From an uncultured Aquimarina sp. (GTDB taxonomy: Bacteria > Bacteroidota > Bacteroidia > Flavobacteriales > Flavobacteriaceae): 64,000 nucleotides of DNA. Of the stretch, positions 1-9,277 are shown one piece after another. A model generated the notes under the pieces. That model did no database searches and had not been told where the DNA came from. It worked only from the letters and a program-made list of their open reading frames with translations. The stretch lies in assembly GCA_947498455.1 (NCBI GenBank), contig CANMKK010000033.1, forward strand, positions 2-64,001. The letters are read 5' to 3'. A program made the translations under genes and the position numbers. Each line of letters begins with the position of its first letter. The stretch's first letter is position 1.

Positions 1-27
1 CATATTCTCTCCTTGTTTTGCGGGGTG

Positions 28-57
28 CAAATGTAAAACCTTTTTCTACATCTGCAA
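28..57 (-). promoter_or_regulatory. Bacteroidota-type promoter (-33 TTG, -7 TACATTTG) reading leftwards toward an ATG at 3..1
   Basis: Minus strand reads cTTGcag, a 19-nt spacer, then TACATTTGcaccccgcaaaacaaggagagaatATG. The gene itself lies outside the window. Confidence 0.5.
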
Positions 58-201
58 GTATTTTTTTTGTTTTTTTTTGAAGTTCTTAAAAACTCTTAAA
101 TAACAAAAAATACTCCTGAAATCTCACATCCTAAATACTCAATGAACTTACACAAAACTCTCATCTCAAACTCCTGAAACACCTCATCCGTTTTGCGGGT
201 G

Positions 202-231
202 CAAACATACAACCTTTTATACTTCTGACAA
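202..231 (-). promoter_or_regulatory. Second copy of the same promoter-like module (-33 TTG, -7 TATGTTTG)
   Basis: Minus strand reads cTTGtca, a 19-nt spacer, then TATGTTTGcacccgcaaaacgg. About 80 percent identical to the module at 14..58. Confidence 0.4.
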
Positions 232-463
232 GAAAAAAAAATAAGTTTTTTTTAATATTCTCATAACACCTTGAAAACATACGGTTTCTAAATGATATTT
301 TCTAAACTCCCTGCAATATCTCTTCTAACATATTAGTTACGGCGCCACTCCTTAATATATGCTTACTTCTTCAAATCACTACTAAAACCAAACAAAACCT
401 ACAACAAAACACTAAAACACCTTTATCTATCTTTAATATTTCAATAATTGTATAGCCTAAATA

Positions 464-494
464 TTGTGTGAGGTTTATTATCGTATTATCTTTG
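464..494 (+). promoter_or_regulatory. Candidate thrS promoter (-33 TTG at 464..466, -7 TATCTTTG at 487..494)
   Basis: Matches the TAnnTTTG consensus 19 nt upstream of the thrS ATG, with about 20 nt between the TTG and the TA. Confidence 0.5.
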
Positions 495-513
495 CGTCTT
501 TAATTTAAAGAAA

Positions 514-2460
514 ATGATCAAAATTACGTTACCCGACGGTTCGGTTAGAAGTTACGACAGTGGTATTGCTGTCATAGATGTTGCGAAAGATATTAGTGAA
601 GGCTTTGCTAGAAATGTTATTTCTGCAAAATTCAACGGTACCACTATTGAAACCACAACAGAATTAACCACGGATGGTGATTTAGTTTTATTTACATGGA
701 AGGATGATGAAGGAAGAACAGCATTTAGACATTCTACTTCCCATGTTTTAGCTCAAGCGCTGGAAATACTCTATCCAGGTGTTAAATTATCAATTGGACC
801 AGCCATTGATAATGGCTTCTATTATGATGTAGACTTAGGATCTGAAACCATTTCCGAAAAGGACTTCAAGAAAATTGAAGATAAAATGTTAGAGATTGCT
901 CGAGGGAAACATAATTTCAAAATGAGATCTGTTTCAAAAGCAGAAGCTTTAGCTAAATATAAAGAAGAAGGTAATGAATACAAAACAGAGCTAATCGAAA
1001 ACCTCGAAGATGGTACTATTACCTTTTGTGATCATGATACTTTTACCGATTTATGTCGAGGAGGACATATCCCCAATACTGGATTAATCAAGGCGGTAAA
1101 GATTATGAGTGTAGCAGGTGCATATTGGAGGGGAAATGAAAACAATAAACAGTTGACTCGTGTTTACGGAACATCTTTCCCTAAACAAAAGGAACTTAAA
1201 GAATATCTTGAACTTCTAGAAGAAGCCAAAAAACGTGACCATAGAAAATTAGGCAAAGAGCTTGAGTTTTTTACTTTTTCGAAAAAAGTAGGCCAAGGTC
1301 TACCACTTTGGTTACCCAAAGGAGCTGCATTACGTGATCGCTTAGAACAATTTTTAAAAAAAGCACAGAAAAAAGCTGGTTATGAAATGGTCGTAACTCC
1401 ACATATTGGTCAAAAAGAGTTATATGTAACCTCTGGTCATTATGCTAAATATGGAGAAGACAGCTTTCAACCTATAAACACTCCAGCTGAAGGAGAGGAG
1501 TTTTTATTAAAACCAATGAACTGTCCTCATCATTGTGAAATATACAATAGCGGTCCATGGTCTTATAGAGATTTACCTAAACGTTATGCTGAGTTTGGAA
1601 CAGTATATAGATACGAACAAAGTGGAGAATTACATGGCCTTACAAGGGTTCGTGGTTTTACGCAAGACGATGCTCATATCTTCTGCACACCAGATCAACT
1701 AGATGATGAATTTAAAAAAGTAATTGATCTTGTTTTATATGTTTTCGGGTCTTTAGGCTTTGAAAACTTTACCGCTCAAGTATCTGTAAGAGATTTAGAC
1801 AATCCCGACAAATACATAGGAGATGTTGTTAATTGGGAAAAAGCAGAAAATGCTATCATTAATGCTGCCAAAGACAAAGGACTTGACTATGTTATTGAAA
1901 GTGGCGAAGCTGCTTTTTACGGCCCTAAATTAGATTTTATGGTTAAAGATGCTTTAGGAAGAAGCTGGCAACTAGGAACAATTCAGGTTGATTATAACCT
2001 ACCCGAGCGTTTCGATCTTAACTATAAAGGCAGTGACAATGAAATGCATCGCCCGGTTATGATTCATAGAGCTCCATTCGGAAGTATGGAACGTTTTATT
2101 GCTATTTTATTAGAGCATACTGCCGGTAACTTCCCTCTATGGCTAATGCCAGAGCAGGCTATCGTACTCTCTATCAGTGAGAAATATGAAAAATACACTG
2201 AAAAAGTTTTAAATTTGTTAGAAAATAACGAAATTCGCGCCCTTGCAGATAATAGAAACGAAACTATTGGCAAGAAAATTAGAGAGGCAGAAATGAAAAA
2301 AATTCCTTACATTGTTATTGTTGGGGAACAAGAAGAAAAAAATAATACAATTTCAGTCCGAAAACACGGAGGAGAAGATTTAGGAGCCTTAAGTATTAAT
2401 GAGTTTTCTAATATTGTTTCTACTGAAATTAACAAGACATTAAAACCATTTAACGGATAA
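514..2460 (+). CDS. thrS: threonine--tRNA ligase
   Basis: 648-aa ORF with class-II aaRS motifs [24 protein letters not shown] and [11 protein letters not shown]. It heads the conserved thrS-infC-rpmI-rplT gene order. Confidence 0.97.
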   Translation: MIKITLPDGSVRSYDSGIAVIDVAKDISEGFARNVISAKFNGTTIETTTELTTDGDLVLFTWKDDEGRTAFRHSTSHVLAQALEILYPGVKLSIGPAIDNGFYYDVDLGSETISEKDFKKIEDKMLEIARGKHNFKMRSVSKAEALAKYKEEGNEYKTELIENLEDGTITFCDHDTFTDLCRGGHIPNTGLIKAVKIMSVAGAYWRGNENNKQLTRVYGTSFPKQKELKEYLELLEEAKKRDHRKLGKELEFFTFSKKVGQGLPLWLPKGAALRDRLEQFLKKAQKKAGYEMVVTPHIGQKELYVTSGHYAKYGEDSFQPINTPAEGEEFLLKPMNCPHHCEIYNSGPWSYRDLPKRYAEFGTVYRYEQSGELHGLTRVRGFTQDDAHIFCTPDQLDDEFKKVIDLVLYVFGSLGFENFTAQVSVRDLDNPDKYIGDVVNWEKAENAIINAAKDKGLDYVIESGEAAFYGPKLDFMVKDALGRSWQLGTIQVDYNLPERFDLNYKGSDNEMHRPVMIHRAPFGSMERFIAILLEHTAGNFPLWLMPEQAIVLSISEKYEKYTEKVLNLLENNEIRALADNRNETIGKKIREAEMKKIPYIVIVGEQEEKNNTISVRKHGGEDLGALSINEFSNIVSTEINKTLKPFNG

Positions 2461-2496
2461 TATAGAATAATTAAGTTTAATTTAAAATTTTAAGTC

Positions 2497-3054
2497 ATAG
2501 CAATTAGAAGAAGAAGGTCTCAAAAACCATTGCGAGTAATTAAGGAAGATGCTCACAGAATTAACCATAAAATTAGGGTTGATGAAGTACGCCTTGTAGG
2601 TGATAATGTAGAAGTTGGTGTATACCCAACCAAGAAAGCATTAGCACTTGCAGAGGAACAAGAATTAGATCTTGTAGAAATCTCTCCAAAAGCTGTTCCT
2701 CCTGTTTGTAAAATCATGGACTATAAAAAGTTCTTGTATGAACAGAAAAAAAGAGACAAAGCTCTAAAAACCAAAGCCACAAAGGTTACAATTAAGGAAA
2801 TTAGATTTGGCCCTAATACTGATGAACATGATTACGAGTTTAAGAAAAAACACGCAGTCAAATTCTTAAGTGAAGGAGCTAAATTAAAGGCTTATGTTTT
2901 CTTTAAAGGAAGATCTATTATATATAAAGATCAAGGACAAATCCTACTACTAAGACTTGCCCAAGAATTAGAAGAGTATGGTAAAGTAGAGCAAATGCCT
3001 AAACTTGAAGGTAAACGAATGATTATGTTCATTGCTCCTAAAAAAACAAAATAA
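2497..3054 (+). CDS. infC: translation initiation factor IF-3 (probable non-AUG start)
   Basis: IF-3 signature [18 protein letters not shown]. The frame is open back to TAA 2491..2493 and encodes a basic [11 protein letters not shown] extension. The only candidate starts are ATA 2497, ATT 2503 and TTG 2530. Confidence 0.9.
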   Translation: MAIRRRRSQKPLRVIKEDAHRINHKIRVDEVRLVGDNVEVGVYPTKKALALAEEQELDLVEISPKAVPPVCKIMDYKKFLYEQKKRDKALKTKATKVTIKEIRFGPNTDEHDYEFKKKHAVKFLSEGAKLKAYVFFKGRSIIYKDQGQILLLRLAQELEEYGKVEQMPKLEGKRMIMFIAPKKTK

Positions 3055-3116
3055 AGGATTATCTGTAGAGAAATCCGTTAAAATAATAAGTGAGAATATT
3101 ATAAAACGAGGATACA

Positions 3117-3314
3117 ATGCCTAAAATGAAAACAAAATCCAGTGCAAAAAAGCGATTTAAGCTTACAGGTACTGGTAAAATTAAAAGAAAGCACGCTTTT
3201 AAGAGTCATATATTGACAAAAAAATCTAAAAAGCGTAAGCTTGCTTTAACGCACTCTACATTAGTGCATAAAAGCGATGAAAATAGTATTAAAGAACAAT
3301 TACGATTAAAGTAA
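3117..3314 (+). CDS. rpmI: 50S ribosomal protein L35
   Basis: 65-aa highly basic ORF beginning [31 protein letters not shown], positioned between infC and rplT. Confidence 0.95.
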   Translation: MPKMKTKSSAKKRFKLTGTGKIKRKHAFKSHILTKKSKKRKLALTHSTLVHKSDENSIKEQLRLK

Positions 3315-3435
3315 TCGATTTTTAATCAGGTTAAAATTAGTATAAACCCAGGAGTAAGGCCAATAAAAAGAATTCGAAATTCGGAATGTAAAATTCAGAA
3401 TTATCAAATCGCCTTCTACTAAAAAATTTAAAATT

Positions 3436-3780
3436 ATGCCTAGATCAGTAAATTCTGTAGCAAAAAGAGCTCGAAGAAAAAGAGTACTTAAACAAGCAAA
3501 AGGTTACTTCGGACGTCGTAAAAATGTTTGGACTGTAGCAAAAAATGCGGTTGATAAAGCATTGTCATATGCTTATAGAGATCGTAGAAACAAAAAAAGA
3601 ACTTTCCGTGCTTTATGGATCACTCGTATTAATGCAGGTGCCCGTATACATGGTATGTCTTATTCTCAATTTATGGGAAAAGTAAAAGCTAACAATATCG
3701 AATTGAACCGTAAAGTTCTTGCCGATTTAGCTATGAACAATCCAGAAGCTTTTAAAGCTATTGTAGAAAAAGTAAAGTAA
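3436..3780 (+). CDS. rplT: 50S ribosomal protein L20
   Basis: 114-aa ORF beginning [30 protein letters not shown], the canonical L20 N-terminus. Confidence 0.95.
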   Translation: MPRSVNSVAKRARRKRVLKQAKGYFGRRKNVWTVAKNAVDKALSYAYRDRRNKKRTFRALWITRINAGARIHGMSYSQFMGKVKANNIELNRKVLADLAMNNPEAFKAIVEKVK

Positions 3781-3811
3781 TTTTTTTAACAAAAATATAT
3801 CTCACTTATAT

Positions 3812-3845
3812 AATCCCACTCAGTAATGAGTGGGATTATTTTTTT
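3812..3845 (+). terminator. Rho-independent terminator after rplT
   Basis: Perfect 11-bp stem AATCCCACTCA / TGAGTGGGATT with loop GTAA, followed by ATTTTTTT. Confidence 0.85.
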
Positions 3846-4216
3846 CCCTTATTCTCAAGACAATGTTTTTAAGCGACAAAAACAAACTCTTTAACTATTA
3901 AAAATATCATAAATAGGTTTTTTTTGCTATGTTTGCCCAAAGAAAACTCACAATGAAAAAAGCATACCTATTATTTACAACAGCACTATACTTATATAAA
4001 TACGCATCCAACAAACATCATAACAACCAAAATAACAACACCTTACACCCCAAAGAAGCTTTTAACTCATTAGAGATTTCTTTTCTTACAACTTCTTTAC
4101 TTTTTAGTTTTCTTACAAAAAAACGACTTAGAACCAACAGGTATAAACCTAGTACGTCAATACTTACATGGGGACTTTTACAATATATATAGAGCCAGTA
4201 AAATATAACATTTTTT

Positions 4217-6997
4217 ATGATCAAGCGCTGGTATAAAAACATATTGAAAAAAAAGAAAATAACCGCTCCTTTACATCAAAAAGAAAAAGAGCTTATTGAT
4301 CTTGTTGATTTTTTGTGGAAAAAAATAGACACATCTATTAAAACCACTAACCTAAAGGATAAAAAAGAAGCTTTTAATCAACTCCCCTATTTAGAAAAAA
4401 TCAATTCATTACCTGAAATTTATCTTCTTCTTGAAGCATCTATCACAAAAAAAAGCAGAACACATCAATTTACAGAAAAGACAATACGAAATATAATATG
4501 CGTTGACTACCCCAATATAATTACGCTACCGAATTTTTCTCTTTTATTTCAAGAGCTTAAAGATCAAGAATTAATTCTTTGTAAAATTTTCTTAATAAAA
4601 GTTCTAGAAAAAGCTTCGGAGGCAATAGGTACTTTTAATGATATTGAAATACTAAGAATAAAGAAATACCTATATACCCCTATTTCCCAAAGTATCAATA
4701 TCATCAGGGAGAGAAAAGAATTATTAGAATCTTCTTCTCTAATATTTCATAAAATAAAAAACAGTTTAGGAGAAAATGCGATAACAAATATTTACTTAAT
4801 TGTGTATCAACAGCATTTCCAATCGTACCATTTACTCGATTCTTTTACAGCTACCCTGAATGTTATCCCAGAAGAAATATTTGCAAAAGAGCTCATAAAT
4901 TTTCCCAGTAAGCAACAAATGCTGAAAATGCTTCAGAAACAGTTATATAGTCTGGAAGAAGTAAATGAAAGACTTACCAAAGAAATTGTTGAAAGAAAAA
5001 AGATAGAAGAAGAATTAAAGCATAGCGAACACTTGAAATCTAGAATTCTAGAAACAGCAATGGACGGGATCATATTGGTTAATCAAGATGGAATTGTACT
5101 AGATTGGAATAAAAAAGCTGAAAACATACTTAGAGTAAAAAAAGAAGAAACGATAGGCAAAAGCATCTATCCTCTTCTGCCAGAAAAGCTAAGAAATGAA
5201 TTAAAGGATAGTTTCAATAGTTATTTAATAAATAAAACAGGTCAGTTAATTAACAAAAGAGTCGAAACCTCAGTATACCTCAAAGATCGTTCAGTCGTAT
5301 ATGTAGAATTGACCATTATAGCCATTAAGACAAAAGAAGAGTATTTATTTAATGCGTTTTTTAGAGATATTACTAATAAGAAAATTAGAGATAATGAAAT
5401 TAGAGAAGCTAAGGTATTTGCAGAAAAATCAGCGAAGGCCAAATCTATTTTCCTATCAAATATGAGTCATGAGATAAGAACACCATTAAATGTTATTCTG
5501 GGATTGACTAGTATTTTGCAAAAAAGTGATTTTTCTGACTTAAAAACAGATAGAACCAATTTAGATGGTATCCAATTCTCTGCAGAAAATCTTTTAGTAT
5601 TAATTAATGATATTCTTGATTTTTCTAAAATTGAAGCAGGAAAACTAACCTTACACAAAACAGATTTCAATATCCATGAACTCATTACAAATGTTTCTCG
5701 TGGTTTTAAAATCAAAGCTGAAGAGAAAGGACTTAATTACACTACAGATATCGACCCTACTCTTCCTAAATTCATTATTGGTGATCAGTTTAGATTAAAC
5801 CAAATCCTCACCAATCTTTTAGGAAATGCGATCAAGTTTACTAAAAAAGGTGAAGTCAGAATAACAGTAACTTCAGAAAAGAAAAGACCAAATACCGTTT
5901 TAATCAATTTTACTGTGAGTGATACTGGTATAGGAATTCCCAAAGACAAACTAGATAATATTTTTCAAAGTTTCTATCAAGTAAACGAACCCGGAAAAAA
6001 TAAGATAGAAGGAACCGGTCTAGGCCTATCTATATCTAAAGAACTTATCGAACGTCAAGGAGGAACACTAAAAGTAGATAGTATCCCCAATAAAGGTTCA
6101 TGTTTTAATTTTTCTATTGAATACAAAGACAGTAAACTAATTTCCTCAAAACCTCATAATAATGAATCCTCCAAAACAAAAAGCTCCGATATTATATCCG
6201 GCATGAATGTTTTGGTAGTAGAAGATAACAGAATGAATCAATTCTTTATCAAACAACTATTCGCCAATTGGAATATCAAAGCAGATATTGCCGAAAATGG
6301 AAAAATTGCATTAAACAAATTAGAAAACAACACCTATGATGTAATATTAATGGACATGCATATGCCAATTATGGATGGACCCGAAACTACTATACATATT
6401 AGAAACTCTACAAACCAAAAAATAAAGAATATCCCAATAATTGCTTGTTCTGCAGATGTATTTCCAGAATCCAAAAAGGTTGCCATCGAATCCGGAATGA
6501 ACTTTTATCTTACCAAACCTGTAAGTGAAAAAGCCTTAGAAGAAATCTTATATAGCCTAAAACCAGATCGCATAGACACCAATTATGTCTCGCAAACAAA
6601 GTCGAATCCTGAAAAAATTTCAATTAATAGTGATACCGGTGCATTATGTGATTTTTCAATTCTTAAAAAATCACTAGAAAATGATCAAGAGGTAATTCAA
6701 TCCGTGCTACAAATATTCCTAGAAGAAACCCCTGAAGATTATAATAAGTTGCAAAACGCTATAAAAAATGATAATCTTATAGTAGCAAAAGAGCTTGCTC
6801 ATAAATTAAAATCTAGTTTTAAAACTTTAGGTTTACATAAAGAAGCATTAAGTCTAGAACAAATCGAACAGTCAACCCAAAACAGTTGTAATTCTAATGA
6901 AATTTTAGAATCGATTACTATCTTGGATTCTATATTTCCAAAAATAATACTAGAAATTAAAGACCATATTAATGATTTCACTTCGTTAAACACATAA
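4217..6997 (+). CDS. hybrid sensor histidine kinase/response regulator (PAS-HisKA-HATPase-REC-HPt)
   Basis: PAS-like ILETAMDGIILVNQDG, H-box SHEIRTPLN, G-box GTGLGLSISKEL, receiver VLVVEDNRMNQ and DVILMDMHMP, and C-terminal HPt AHKLKSSFKTLG. Confidence 0.9.
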   Translation: MIKRWYKNILKKKKITAPLHQKEKELIDLVDFLWKKIDTSIKTTNLKDKKEAFNQLPYLEKINSLPEIYLLLEASITKKSRTHQFTEKTIRNIICVDYPNIITLPNFSLLFQELKDQELILCKIFLIKVLEKASEAIGTFNDIEILRIKKYLYTPISQSINIIRERKELLESSSLIFHKIKNSLGENAITNIYLIVYQQHFQSYHLLDSFTATLNVIPEEIFAKELINFPSKQQMLKMLQKQLYSLEEVNERLTKEIVERKKIEEELKHSEHLKSRILETAMDGIILVNQDGIVLDWNKKAENILRVKKEETIGKSIYPLLPEKLRNELKDSFNSYLINKTGQLINKRVETSVYLKDRSVVYVELTIIAIKTKEEYLFNAFFRDITNKKIRDNEIREAKVFAEKSAKAKSIFLSNMSHEIRTPLNVILGLTSILQKSDFSDLKTDRTNLDGIQFSAENLLVLINDILDFSKIEAGKLTLHKTDFNIHELITNVSRGFKIKAEEKGLNYTTDIDPTLPKFIIGDQFRLNQILTNLLGNAIKFTKKGEVRITVTSEKKRPNTVLINFTVSDTGIGIPKDKLDNIFQSFYQVNEPGKNKIEGTGLGLSISKELIERQGGTLKVDSIPNKGSCFNFSIEYKDSKLISSKPHNNESSKTKSSDIISGMNVLVVEDNRMNQFFIKQLFANWNIKADIAENGKIALNKLENNTYDVILMDMHMPIMDGPETTIHIRNSTNQKIKNIPIIACSADVFPESKKVAIESGMNFYLTKPVSEKALEEILYSLKPDRIDTNYVSQTKSNPEKISINSDTGALCDFSILKKSLENDQEVIQSVLQIFLEETPEDYNKLQNAIKNDNLIVAKELAHKLKSSFKTLGLHKEALSLEQIEQSTQNSCNSNEILESITILDSIFPKIILEIKDHINDFTSLNT

Positions 6998-7038
6998 AAA
7001 AGAATTTTCTTTATATTCCTCTTTATATATTTGCCTTT

Positions 7039-7848
7039 ATGCAAAAACAAATTACCAGCACTCAGAATTCTAAAATTAAATTTCTGAACCTACTTAAAGA
7101 AAAATCAAGGGTACGCAAAAAAGAAAAACGTTTCTTTATCGAAGGGAAACGTGAAATAACTCTTGCTATTAAAGGAGGGTATACTTTAGAGCAAATATTC
7201 TATTGCCCATCAATAATTTCAGAAAATAAGATCGCTTCCATAGTTAAATCCTCTTCCTCTAGAATAGAAATATTCGAAATCACTACAGAAATATATGAGA
7301 AACTGGCATATCGAGCATCTACCGAAGGAGTATTAGCAATAGCCATATCTGAAAATTTTTTATTAGAAGAATTAACTTTTGAATCATCAACTCCATTAAT
7401 ATTAATAGCTGAAGCACCTGAAAAACCCGGTAACATTGGTGCTTTATTGCGCACTGCTGACGCAGCAAAAGTAGATGCTATACTAATTGCTAATCCTAAA
7501 ACAGATTTGTACAACCCAAATATTATTAGATCAAGTGTGGGGTGTATTTTTACAAATAAAGTAATAACAGGAACAACAACAGAAATTATAGCGTTTCTAA
7601 GAACAAAAAAAATAAACATTTATGGTGCTGCTTTACAATCATCTATAAATTATCACGAACAAGATTATACTAAACCTACAGCTATTGTCGTTGGTACTGA
7701 AGATAAAGGTCTTACAGAAGAATGGCTAAAAAATACCACTCAAAACATAAAAATACCAATGAGCGGTGCAATAGATTCAATGAATGTTTCAGTAGCGGCG
7801 GGTATTTTAATTTTTGAAGCTAAACGACAAAGAGATTTTATTGTCTAA
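7039..7848 (+). CDS. TrmH/SpoU-family RNA 2'-O-methyltransferase
   Basis: SPOUT motifs APEKPGNIGALLRTADA, IVVGTEDKGL and IPMSGAIDSMNVSVAAGILIFE. A TATATTTG box at 7026..7033 lies only 5 nt before the ATG. Confidence 0.85.
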   Translation: MQKQITSTQNSKIKFLNLLKEKSRVRKKEKRFFIEGKREITLAIKGGYTLEQIFYCPSIISENKIASIVKSSSSRIEIFEITTEIYEKLAYRASTEGVLAIAISENFLLEELTFESSTPLILIAEAPEKPGNIGALLRTADAAKVDAILIANPKTDLYNPNIIRSSVGCIFTNKVITGTTTEIIAFLRTKKINIYGAALQSSINYHEQDYTKPTAIVVGTEDKGLTEEWLKNTTQNIKIPMSGAIDSMNVSVAAGILIFEAKRQRDFIV

Positions 7849-7907
7849 TAAATTAAAAATCATTAACTTATAGAACCTATTATCCCAAAGCTACAAACCT
7901 AAAAAGA

Positions 7908-9140
7908 ATGACGCCATACTCTTTGTTTTATTTATTAATATCAATAATCATTATTGTTTTTCTAATTGATTCCTTACTTGATATTCTTAATGCCAGACAT
8001 TATAACGACAATATCCCAGATGAACTTTCGGATGTATATCCAGAAGAAGAATATCTTAAATCAATATCTTACAAAAAGGCCAATTATAAATTTAAATTGA
8101 TTTCTTCTTCTTTTTCATTAATCATAATGCTTTTATTTTTTTTTCTAGATGGGTTTGCCTGGGTAGATGGAATCGCAAGGAGTATTTCTAGTGATCCGAT
8201 TATAATAGGGTTAACCTTTTTTGGAATCATTATGATAGGAAGTGATATACTTTCTACACCAATGGCATATTATAGAACTTTTGTAATTGAAGAGCAATTT
8301 GGATTTAACAAGACCACCGTTAGAACATTTTTTATAGACAAGGTAAAAGGCATTCTAATGATCGTGGTTGTGGGAGGAGCAATTTTAGCATTAATTATAT
8401 GGTTTTATCAAGTTACTGGTAAGCATTTCTGGGTATATGCTTGGGGATTGGTTTCTGTATTTACTCTTGCTATGAATATGTTTTATGCTAAGCTTATTGT
8501 TCCTTTATTTAATAAACAAACACCTTTAGAATCTGGGGAATTAAGAAATATATTAGAAGAGTATTCTAAAAATGTAGGCTTTCAATTAAAAGACATATTC
8601 GTAATTGATGGGTCGAAAAGAAGTACGAAAGCAAACGCGTACTTTTCGGGATTAGGAAGTGAAAAAAGAATTACTTTATATGATACTTTAATTAAAGATC
8701 TAGACAAAGAAGAAATTGTTGCAGTACTGGCACATGAGGTTGGGCACTATAAGAAAAAGCATGTAATTATTAACCTATTTTTATCTATCATACTTACAGG
8801 TATTACACTATGGTTTCTCTCACTATTCATAGCCAATCCTCTTCTTTCTGAAGCTTTGGCTGTAAAAGAACCTTCTTTCCATATAGGATTAGTTGCGTTT
8901 GGCATTTTGTATAGTCCTATTTCTGAAATAACTGGTATGATAATGAATATGGTATCCAGAGCATTCGAATATCAAGCAGACAATTATGCAAAATCTTCTT
9001 ATGATGGAGAAATACTTATCAATAGTTTAAAAAAATTATCTAAAAACAACCTTAGTAATTTAACACCACATCCAGCAATGGTATTTATACATTACTCACA
9101 TCCTACTCTTTTACAGAGAATTAAAAATCTAAGGAAATAA
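7908..9140 (+). CDS. M48-family (Ste24-like) membrane zinc metalloprotease
   Basis: Multi-TM N-terminal half and the HExxH motif LAHEVGHYKKKH. Confidence 0.85.
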   Translation: MTPYSLFYLLISIIIIVFLIDSLLDILNARHYNDNIPDELSDVYPEEEYLKSISYKKANYKFKLISSSFSLIIMLLFFFLDGFAWVDGIARSISSDPIIIGLTFFGIIMIGSDILSTPMAYYRTFVIEEQFGFNKTTVRTFFIDKVKGILMIVVVGGAILALIIWFYQVTGKHFWVYAWGLVSVFTLAMNMFYAKLIVPLFNKQTPLESGELRNILEEYSKNVGFQLKDIFVIDGSKRSTKANAYFSGLGSEKRITLYDTLIKDLDKEEIVAVLAHEVGHYKKKHVIINLFLSIILTGITLWFLSLFIANPLLSEALAVKEPSFHIGLVAFGILYSPISEITGMIMNMVSRAFEYQADNYAKSSYDGEILINSLKKLSKNNLSNLTPHPAMVFIHYSHPTLLQRIKNLRK

Positions 9141-9277
9141 ATCTATTAAAATAGACTTGGTGTTTACAATTCTTAATTGTACTTTTAACTATCTATGACT
9201 GCTATATCTTGTAATAGTAAGCCATAAAAATCACATAAAAACACCTTAAAACTGGGCTTCCCAAGAAACGTTATATC

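Noticed and set aside
2064-2273. Antisense ORFs nested inside strong genes (also 5242..5715, 7200..7619, 9457..9654, 9878..10069, 10921..11466, 16740..17027, 17607..17858, 20709..21179, 22445..22630, 27329..27586, 29016..29297, 36430..36624, 40170..40421, 42663..43185, 45276..45611, 47171..47365, 47990..48202, 51579..51803, 55121..55612, 63614..63805)
   Set aside because: Each lies wholly within a well-supported conserved CDS on the other strand and translates to low-complexity sequence. These are typical shadow ORFs of an AT-rich genome.
3315-3435. Possible L20-binding regulatory structure in the rpmI-rplT spacer (GAATTCGAAATTCGGAATGTAAAATTCAGAATT)
   Set aside because: There are only short, imperfect direct and palindromic words. 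I could not fold a convincing helix or pseudoknot by eye. The E. coli and Bacillus L20 operators sit elsewhere in the operon.
3929-4242. Overlapping 87-aa (+) and 74-aa (-) ORFs in the rplT to sensor-kinase spacer
   Set aside because: Low-complexity translations from an A/C-rich, G-poor tract. They have no recognisable motifs and mutually overlap on opposite strands. Most likely non-coding.
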